Positions 53,911-64,000 of a stretch of DNA of 64,000 nucleotides are shown here, one piece after another. Both the position numbers and the translations under genes were made by a program. Positions within the stretch are counted from its first letter, which is position 1, and every line of letters starts with the position of its first letter. Below the pieces are notes generated by a model that searched no databases, was not told where the DNA came from, and saw only the letters and a program-made list of their open reading frames with translations. Location: NCBI GenBank assembly GCA_964016885.1, contig OZ024742.1, forward strand, positions 161,634,001-161,698,000. Direction: 5' to 3'. The stretch comes from Eledone cirrhosa. Taxonomy: Eukaryota.

Positions 53911-55604
53911 ACTTTGTCTTACAAGAAGGGGGATGAGGAGGAGGAGGAGGAGAAGAAGAAGAAGAAGAAGAAGAAGAAGAAGAAGAAGAAGAAGAAGAAG
54001 AAGAGCAACAGCAGCAACAACAACAACATATATGATAAGGAAAAGCTGTGAGAAAACATCTTAGCAATATCCCTGATAAAACATCTCCTCAAGAAATTTA
54101 AAAAAAAACAATATTGTCTAGCACTGCACTTATACTGTGGAGATCCCTCTCAATCTAAATAATAATTATTGTGTGTCTGTAAATTAATGAGTATTTAGCA
54201 AAAATGTATGTTGGTTTGTTTGTTTGATGATCAATCTAACCCAGTAGCATGAGAAGCGGGTGGGTAGGGTGGGTGCGATAGGTCTACCCCCCTCCTTCAG
54301 CAATTATATTGGGGTAGGTGGTGGGAGTATCAAACCAAAAAGTCATGCAGGTTTTTCCATTCAATATGGCTACTGAAGCATCCATCCAAAATCTGCACCC
54401 AGTTTCTTGCCCAGATCAAAAATCTGAGAAATTTATTAATTTGAAATTCGAAGTTTATGCTTGGACAAACTTAAACAATGATGTGTATGCTTGTTCATCT
54501 GCCCTGTAGATTAGCACACCATTTGAAGTATTCAATGAGCAGCATGAAGTCTCCATGTCACAAGAGCAGCAAACCAACCTAACTTTAATCAGCATTGAAA
54601 TAGAATTCCTCACAGCTGGTGTAAAAAATAAAGTAATTGAAGTGTTTTCTGACAGGAGTTGCTGATTTTAATTTTAATTTAATGAAGTGCTTACTTCAAG
54701 TTTCATCTGTTTTTACATATTTGAATGTTTTCCTTACTCATATTTCTCCGTATTAGACTTCAGTTTTCAAGGCATCAAGAAATTGGCTCCAGGCATCACA
54801 AAACCTCTGCATGTCACTGATGTGACCATTAGTTGTAGAATTGTAGTTGAAGTAGGGAAAGTGATTTCTCTGATACATTAGACACACCAACAAGGAAACA
54901 AAACTGCTAATTATATATATATATATATTTCATGCCATGGAATTCAACAAAACCATGTGACAAACAATAACACAACTGGAATATAAAAAACTTCCAAAGA
55001 ACAAGTATGTTTTCATTTTACATAGGTAAAATATAGAGTTCTCAGAGGAGAGTTTTCTTGGGATGTCTGTATTTAGATGTAGTAGAATTTATAACTGAGG
55101 TGTATTACAGATATACAAAGTAAATGAGGGAATATAGAGATGCACTAGAGGAAAAATATCAGCATCACGTCTGGCAGATTTACTAACCTGGTGGCATGGC
55201 TTGGCTGTAGCAGTGCCAACCATTCTGACCAACTGCTACATTTAACACATGTCAAATCTGAAAGATAGAAGCCAAGAGGGTTTGGCTAATAAACCCCTAT
55301 GTGTCATCACATTTTTGTCAGAATTAAAAAAAATATGGCATATATGAAAATACACTAACACTACATTTTTGTATCAACAAATTCAACACAAAATTTATTT
55401 CGGTACAAGTAAGGGAATGGATGGAAATAGGTGAACACAAAAGTAGATGAAGATGTAATTAAGGGAAGCCAAAGAAATGGTAAATAGACCAGCAAAATTA
55501 CAACAGGCATATATTATGAATTAAATCAAGATGGATACAGTAAAAAATTGGTTAGACCATTACTCATCAGAGTAGTCAATACTTGGGGTAGTAGAGAATG
55601 GTTA

Positions 55605-55925
55605 TATGAAAGAGTCACGACCCGACGGCTGAGCTCTTGCCATTTCAACAGCTAGTTCCAGAGTCTGGAACTAGCTGTTGAAATGGCTGTTGGGGTCCTG
55701 ACTCTTTCAAATATTATGAATTATCAAAGCACTGAGAGATTTGAAATATAAAAATGTGAGAATCCTGAAAGCAGAAAATATATGCAATAACAATCAACTG
55801 TTATAAATAATAGCTGAGAGACAATGCCTCTGTCCATGTTTTTCAAAAGCTAGGGACATTTTACTTAATTCTCTCAATTATTATTATAGTTATCTTCTGC
55901 ATTCAGGATTCCCACATTTTCATAT
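55605..55925. repeat. Two small hairpin / fold-back remnants
   Basis: gccatttcaacagctagttccaga/tctggaactagctgttgaaatggc and aaaatgtgagaatcctgaa/ttcaggattcccacatttt. Confidence 0.65.
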
Positions 55926-56584
55926 AGGGTTGGGAGGACCCTCAGTTGTGTCAAAGGCATGACAACATCTCCTGAGCACTCAATGGAATGTGAGACCATA
56001 CATAAGTGAGACACAGGTCCCTGGCTTGTTTGGGAGATCAGAGGTTCCATTTCTGTACTGACTTGGTCTATATGGGCCCATCCAATCTTTGCTAGCAGGG
56101 AAAGCAGACATTAAAATGACAATGATGATGATGATGATGAAATATATTGCTTAATGGTTCATCTAAGGGTATCTCCACTTAATTAAAATTATACTTTATA
56201 TACCTTTATACTGTTTATATCTATAAACACTTACAAATGATTATTCAATACTAAGTTATACATACAAATGAAACATTACTCTCTGTAAATAATGTACTTT
56301 TGTGATACTTCCTATCCAGATAGTTGACAGCAATAACCACTTATCTTCTCTTGTCACAGGTAATGTCTCATATACTGATTTTATAAAATGACTAAAAAGG
56401 AAAAATAATAATAATAAATTGAATTACAATAATTCTGACTAACATTGACACTAGGTTAGCAGTTAAGTATTTTATTTCATCGATCTCTGAAGGATGACAG
56501 GCAAAGTTGACCTTGGCATTTGAGCTCAGAATGTAAAGAGCCAGAACAAATACCAAATTACCTGAAACTGACCCTGGTTCTATA

Positions 56585-56930
56585 TAACAATAATAATGAA
56601 AATTATTGTGTACAGTGCTCAGGTGCACTACAACTCATCAAAGGTGCATGTATAGTACATAAAATAATGTACAAATGTCAGGAAAGTGAATAGTGTATGA
56701 GTCATGATATACACACAAATACATACGTGCGTATGGAGGGAAGGGGAATATCAGGTGTAGTGTTGGCGAATTTTGGGAAGTGTCCTGACAGCTAACAACC
56801 AATGCTGGTAGTTTGTTCCATGCCTCAGCAAATTTTTCCGAAAGTCTTTTCTGATTTTGTAATCTTGTCCATGGGTGTTAGACATATGGATTTCAAAAAT
56901 GTGATCAGGGTTGTTGTTAGAAAGACGGTT
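56585..56930 (-). mobile_element. CR1-group LINE 3' end
   Basis: Same terminus as the copies at 34922 and 61560. Confidence 0.75.
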
Positions 56931-58574
56931 ACAATATAAAACTGTTTTAAACTGTTTATATCGATCTAAAAACCATCATCATAATTTTATCTCAAAATTT
57001 TTGTTAATTTATGCACCAAACACCAGCTTAATAACCCTGTCTAACATTGGCACAAGGTGAGCAATTTGGGCAAAGGGATTATCGACCCCAATAATCAACT
57101 GGTACTTTTTTTAATTGACCCCAAAAAAGATGAAAGGCAAAATTAACCTGCCTAGGTTTTGAACTTAGAACATAGACAGTCCTAACAAAATACACATTTT
57201 GCCTGATACTCTACCAATAATGTCAATCACCATCATTATAATGATTTCTACTTTAGGCACAAAGCCAACAATTTGTGGGGAGAGGAAAGTATTGACCCCA
57301 ATAAATAACAGGCACTTTATTTTATCTATCCCTGAACGATGAAAGGTAAAACTGATCACGGCGAGTTTGAACTCAGAAGGTAGAAATTAGTAACTATATG
57401 TGTGACATATAGCAAGAGATAAATTACAGGATAAGATTTTCAATTTCAGTTCACTTATACTGCTTATCTCCCTTGAAGAAGGCAGGAATAGCATACAATT
57501 ATTTCTTCAATATATCTAAACAGGGTGGTGAATTGGCAGAGTCATTAGAATGTCAGAGAGAATACTTTGTGGTATTTATTCTGGCTCTTTATGCTCTGAG
57601 TTCAAATCCTGTTGAAGTCAATGTTGCCTTTCATCCTCTTGAGCTCAATAAAATAAATATCAATCCTGAAATGGGGTTGATTCTTCCTCTATAACTTTTC
57701 CACACTTCATCTCTCTCTAGAGGAAATCTGCTACAGAGAGATGAGTTCCACCAGGTTTAAAATGTCCAAGACAGAATCTTTATGGCTCCCTCATGAGTCA
57801 TGGGTTGATGCATACATATGTATCTATATATCATGAACTTTCTATATTTATTTCTGACATACTCATCTAGTACATTAAATAATTGAGGACTATGATGACA
57901 TAAGCAAACTTACCCTGCATATATATGTGTGTGTGTGTGTATGTGTGTGCGCACGCGTGTGTGTGCATTTTGAATATGTTTTATTTTTATGATCAAAATG
58001 TTATTTTTGGCTTATTTTTAAAAAAATTATATTGATGTGTTGAATTATAAAAAAGTCATAATTCATGATAAATATAAATGTGTTTTGTATTCTGTCATAG
58101 TTATACTGTTACACATTGCACCAATATATTTTTATGAAAGTATTTTTAATATAGTGAATGAAACGTATCATAAACATATCTCTCATATTGGTTATACTGG
58201 TGTCAGTCAATTCATATCAAGCCCAATACTTTTTAAAAGTCTTGTACATATTTTATGGGACTTGATTTGTTGAACTGTTAAGTTATGGAACAAACAAACA
58301 ACACTGTAAACAGAGATATAAGCACATAAACACACACATATATAAGTCCAAAACGGATATTAAATGAAGATGATAATGTATATATATATATATTTGTATT
58401 GGTGCTCTGACACAGCGATATATATATAAATGTACGTATTGTATATTTAATAATATACGGGATGTATATGAAAAACATTTGGAAGCCTTTTGCTATGAAT
58501 TTTAAGGTTTTGACAATTGTCACATACCTAGCTTCAGCAAAACACCAAAAGCATATATATATATATATATATCA

Positions 58575-58914
58575 TCATCATCATCATCATCATTTTACGT
58601 CCGCTTTTCCCTGCTTGCAAGGGTGGGACGGGAACTGATTCTGGCTTGATTTCTACGCTGGATGCCCTTCCTAACACCAACCTCATTTACAGTGAGTGGT
58701 GGGTGCTTTTTTGCCATGGCACCTCCACGACCACTTTGCAGTGGAATTATATGGACCCCAGTCCCTATCATCTCATTTGTACAGCTGAGTAAACTGGAGC
58801 AATGTGAAATAAAGTGTCTTGCTCAAGGAACCAACACATCACCCGGTCTGAGAATTAAACTCACAACCTTTCGATTGCAAGGCCAATGCTCTAACCACTA
58901 AGCCATGTGCCTCC
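58575..58914 (-). mobile_element. Full-length SINE (tRNA head, central core, RTE tail)
   Basis: A and B boxes, ccttgagcaagacacttt core, tail gtcccacccttgcaagcagggaaaagcggacgtaaaa(tga)n. Confidence 0.85.
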
Positions 58915-59190
<276 letters not shown>

Positions 59191-59540
59191 TTACACAATG
59201 TTTCATCTGAAAGGGTGACATTAGTATTCTTATGGAAGGAATTAAATAAGATTTATGTACATCAGTAGAATTCCTCCCCTTCAGACTTTTCAGAGAAAAG
59301 TAGTTTGTCTATAATGATGTCACAAAAGGGATAAGTGTACGCTGTACAAAGTGCAAAATAACGAACCATAGATCTGGAAACAATGCAGTCTTCAAAATAT
59401 GGGAGAGAATACAATGAAGATGTCCATTGCCATTTTAGACTGGTCACAAATTTGATGCCTCTTGTATTCTGGAGGTATGGTCAATGTTGGGTCTTGAAAC
59501 TTGGGTAGTGCTTTTTTTCTGTGTATGAACATATATAAAT

Positions 59541-59845
59541 ATGGCTTAGTGGTTAGAGCATTGGCCTTGCAATCGAAAGGTTGTGAGTTCAATTCTCAGA
59601 CCAAGTGATGTGTTGTTTCCTTGAGCAAGACACTTTATTTCACATTGCTCCAGTTTACTCAGCTGTAGAAATGAGATGCACTGCAAAAGTGGTCGTGGAG
59701 GTGCCACAGCAAAAAAGCACCCAGCACTCACTGTAAATGAGGTTGGTGTTAGGAAAGGCATGCAGCTGTAGAAATCAAGCCAGAATCAGTTCCCGTCCCA
59801 CCCTTGCAAGCAGGGAAAAAGCGGTCGTAAAATGAAATGATGATG
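59541..59845 (+). mobile_element. SINE of the same family, inverted relative to 58575-58914
   Basis: Reverse-complement similarity over about 300 bp. Confidence 0.85.
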
Positions 59846-59974
59846 AATGATGATATATGATATGCAAGGTAGGTTTGCTATGTGAGGAGTTATGTCCCTC
59901 TGGAGTTCCACATGTGTACTCATAGGATTATCAGTCTTGTCCAAAGCTGCAATTGCATAACTACAACATGGTGG

Positions 59975-60335
59975 TGTTGAGGAAATGTGCAATGTAAATG
60001 TGAGAGAAATGCAGAGCTTGGATGAACTGACGAAGAAACTGGATTTAAGAGGAATCCAAAGTGGTGCTCAAGAGAGAAAACTGCATTGGTATGGACATGT
60101 GATGCATATGGATGATAATTGTTGGGTGAAAAAGTGCCAGGAATCCCAGTAGAAGTATACCAATGAGGATCAGGGCAAAGGTGGTGTGAGCTTGGCCCAA
60201 ATCGCTGAGACTCACAGAGGAGATGATGAAGGAATGTGATGTTTGGAGAGATAATATGCTGAAAAGGACTTGTTCCACCTATGCAAGCATGGGTAAATAA
60301 ATGTAGAAACACTGATGATGATGATGATGATGAAA
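59975..60335 (+). mobile_element. RTE 3' fragment (more fragments at 61040-61480)
   Basis: LHWYGHVMHMDDNCWVKKCQ and a (GAT)n tail. Confidence 0.75.
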
Positions 60336-61559
60336 AGTGGATGATGGAGCGCATCTATCTGAAAGGGAAAAAAAAATCGTTTTGTATATAGAGCTATACA
60401 TGTGTGTGTTATTATACGTTTGCACGAAGCTAAGAGGATCCGATATATATTGGCTTGGTTTCTAAGGCTGGATGCACTTCTTAATGCTAACAATGTTACT
60501 CTGTGGACTAAGTGGCTTTTATCATGGCACTAAAATGACCATTCAACAGGGAGAACTGGGTGCTTTTTCATTGTGTTACCAGCACAACCACCTTACAGGA
60601 TAGACTGAGTACCTCTTGTCATGTCACCAGCATAACCACCTTACAGAGTGGATTAGATGCTTTTGTTGTTGTGGCATCAGCCATACAAGGTGGACTAAGT
60701 GCTTCATGTCATGTCAGCAGTATTGTGAAGGAGCAGATGTGGAGCATGTCTAGCTTTCCATGCTTGCATGCATGGGCTGGAAAGGACAGGAGAGGTGTAT
60801 CAGAGGTGTGGAAGGTGGGGGTTGAGCGAGTATGAAAGTTGGATATGGATGAGGTGAGTGGGGTACTTAGCTGGTGGGGGTGAATAGGGGAGGGGTATGG
60901 AGAAGATTGGTGGAGACTAGTGTTTGTTTTATCCTGTGCTCATGGGAAGATGGTCCATCATCATCATCATCATCAATATTTTATGTCCACTTTTCCATGG
61001 TTGCTTGAATTAAAGAGGTCTTTGTCAACACAGAATCCCTCTCATTATATTCCTTCATCTCTTCTATGAGCTTCAATGACTTGAAATCAGCTCTCACCTC
61101 TTCTATAAAGGTCTTCCTCTCTTGCAGATTCCTTTCACTGGGATTTCTAGGTACTTCTTCACCCAGTGATCATCATCCATGTGCATCATATGTCAACACC
61201 AGCAGAGTCTTCTCTCTTACACACTTCATCTGATTTCCCTTATACCCAGTTTTTTTGTCAATCCATCTATGCTTTGTCATTCATGCTTTGTCATTCATTA
61301 ACAGTGTATATCTATCAAAGCATGCTCACTTCATTTCTCTGATGATGATCACTGGATGAAGAAGTGCCAAGCAATCCCAGTGGTGGGAGGCCACAGTAGA
61401 TGAAGAAAGACCAAGGAATTCTTAGATCACTAAAGCTTACAGAGGAGATGACAAAAGAATGTGACAAGTAGGGAAATGCTGTATAAGCCCTCATAACAGA
61501 ATCAGCACATGTGCTGCTACCCGTTTGTTCCCCTTATTCAATTTGAAAAAAAAAAAAAT

Positions 61560-62435
61560 TATAATAATAATGAAGTTATTGTGTAAAGTGCTCCAGTGCA
61601 CTACAACTCATCAAAGGTGCATGTATAGTACATAGAATAATATACAAATGTCAGGGAAGTGGACAGTGTATGAGTCATGATATACATGTGTGTATGTGTA
61701 TGGAAGGGGAATATTAGGTGTAGCGTTGGCGAATTTCAGGAAGCATGGAGGTTTTAAAGGATGCAGCGTTTCGACAGCTAACAACTGATGCAGGTAGTTT
61801 GTTCCATGCTTCAGCAACTCTGAGTGTGAAAAAATGTTTCTGAAAGTCATGGGAGCTGTGCTGTTTTCTGACTTTGTTGGCATGCCCATGTGTGTTAGAC
61901 ACATGGAAATCAAAAAGGTACTCAGGGTTATTGTTGCCAAGATGATTAATAATTTTCTGGGTGTTTACCAAGTCAGTTGCCAGGCGTCGGAGCTTCAATG
62001 TATCCATGCCCAGGGAAGCAAGGCATTCAGAGTATGGTAGATGCCTGATGGAGGGTATTTGCTTGGTTGCACATCTCTGAACAGTTTCCAGGCGGTCAAT
62101 GTTCTGAGCAAGATAGGAGTTCCAGACTGATGATGCAAATTCTAAGTGTGGCCGCACCATAGCTATGTACAGCTTTAAATAGATAGCTGGAGAGCGGCTG
62201 ACAAAGGTCTTGCTGAGTGATGCTAAGACACCTTCGGCCTTCTTGACAATTTTAGAGACATGCTTCGTCCAATGCAAATCGCTGCTGACCGTAATGCCCA
62301 GGTCACATTCACAAGAAGACTTCTTGATATTAGTGTTGTGGAGGGAGTATGTGGACTCTGGGTTTTTACTCCCAAAATACATGGTGGTGCACTTGTCCAC
62401 AGCTAGCTTGAGTTGCCAGTCTGTGATCCATTGTA
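61560..62435 (-). mobile_element. CR1-group LINE 3' portion
   Basis: DLGITVSSDL, VRPHLEFASSVW, LETVQR, FFTLRVAEAWNKLP and an (ATT)n tail. Confidence 0.9.
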
Positions 62436-62809
62436 TATATGGAGAATGATTCTATTTGGAATTATCTGTTTTACAAAGTAATTATTTCAAGCAAATGAGG
62501 GAGCTACTCTTTAGTTGCTAGACCTGCTAAAAATAGCAAGTGGATCTTCCTGAATACAGACACTACCATCTTAATTCTTAACGTCCTGTACCACATGAAC
62601 CCACGTTAGCAAGAAATTCTTGAAAAGCATAAAAGAATCACTATACTACATCCCTTTAAAAAATGAAGTCTTTATTCTAATACTGTAAATTTTCACAACA
62701 ATCTGTCCACACTTAGAAATACTATAAATATTTGAATTAACAAACCTTTTTTAGACATTTTATGCTAAATTATTACAAGGTCTTAAGAGTTAAAATGACA
62801 AAATGTAAA

Positions 62810-64000
62810 AACACGATCCCAAAGAATGCGCAGAACTCATTGCTGAGTGCTATGCAAGTATTTTTACTGTTGAAAACCAGAATGTACCATCTCCACCATC
62901 TCTAACATCAAATTCCATAACAACTATGGAATTTACACCTGCAATGTTGCGACATTACCTTAAGAATAAGCGCAACTATGCCTCCCCTGGTCTTGATGGT
63001 GTTACATACCTGCTTCTCAAACGTGGCGGGTATTTCCTTTTGTGCCAGCTTTCTTTCTTCTTTCAATACTGTCTCAACAATGGTGCTACTCCGGAGCAGT
63101 GGAAAACTGCCAGTGTCATTCCCCTGTTCAAAAAGGGCAACCGCATGTCACCTGTCAACTATCGTCCAGTCAGTCTTACTAGCTGTATGGCCAAACTGAT
63201 GGAATCCTGTGTCAGAGAAACACTTTGGAACTTCTGGAGCTCTCACAGCCTCATCCGGCCCTCACAATTTGGATTTATCCCTAACTCCAGCTGCTGTGAT
63301 CAGCTTATCGAGTTCCTTGAAGACATCACCCGGATCACTGACAGCGGCTCATGGGTGGATGTTGTTTACCTTGACTTTGCTAAGGCTTTTAATTCTGTGC
63401 CACACAAAAGACTTATGGCAAAACTCTCTGCAATGGATGTGAGGGATGATCTTTTCAACTGGTTGAAATCCTTCATTCTCGGCTGAAAAGAAGTAGTCAC
63501 GGTTCTAGGACAGCATTCTTCACCATATGAGATGTCATCTGGTGTACCACAGGGATCTGTTCTTGGTCCCCTTTTGTTTGTGGCATATATTAATGACATA
63601 GATGCCAACTTACAGAATGCCACGGTACTGAAATATGCAGATGACATCAAGCTGTACCTTGAAATCAAGGGGACTGATCCTGAAATCTACAACTCTTTCC
63701 TACAATCAGACCTGGACACAATGCAGCAATGGGTCACAGACTGGCAACTGAAGCTGGCTGTCGACAAGTGTACCACCATGCATTTTGGGAGGAAAAATCC
63801 AGCGTCCACATACTCCCTCCACAACACTGATATCAAGAAGTCCTCTTGTGAACGTGACCTGGGCATTACTGTCAGCAGCGATTTGCGTTGGACAAAGCAT
63901 GTCTCTAAGATTGTCAAGAAGGCCGAAGGTGTCTTGGCATCACTCAGCAAGACCTTTGTTAGCCACTCTCCAGCCATCTATTTAAAACTGTATACAGCTA
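62810..64000 (+). mobile_element. CR1-group LINE RT region, runs off window
   Basis: SPGLDG, NYRPVSLTS, QFGF, YLDFAKAFNSV, GVPQGSVLGP and YADD (63634). Premature TGA at 63484. Confidence 0.92.

Noticed and set aside
54490-54880. Exons of a second host gene (also 33040-33200, 59280-59475)
   Set aside because: Splice-like signals are present but there is no consistent frame chain or recognisable homology.

Overview
AT-rich, repeat-dense animal genomic DNA, most likely an octopus or other cephalopod (inferred from the SINE/LINE repertoire, not verified). The one host gene I can support is a multi-exon PARG-family (poly(ADP-ribose) glycohydrolase-like) gene on the minus strand. Eight exons were read by hand from 13284 to the window start, all GT-AG with consistent phases. 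It has a divergent catalytic loop and a large insertion. The rest is mobile DNA: a near full-length RTE LINE and its partner SINE, a Dong/R4-clade element and a Tx1/L1-clade element tail-to-tail in one (TAA)n array, CR1-group and CRE-like fragments, many Nin/Deu-domain SINEs, and (TA)n-associated fold-back elements, several carrying minimal type I hammerhead motifs. The most unusual structure is a 3.05-kb non-coding LTR element (25672-28726, TSD TACT). It is built from five LTR copies of two subtypes in a nested palindrome, joined through tRNA-Trp-derived sequence with an A58->T change. Repeat boundaries are approximate and no database searches were run.
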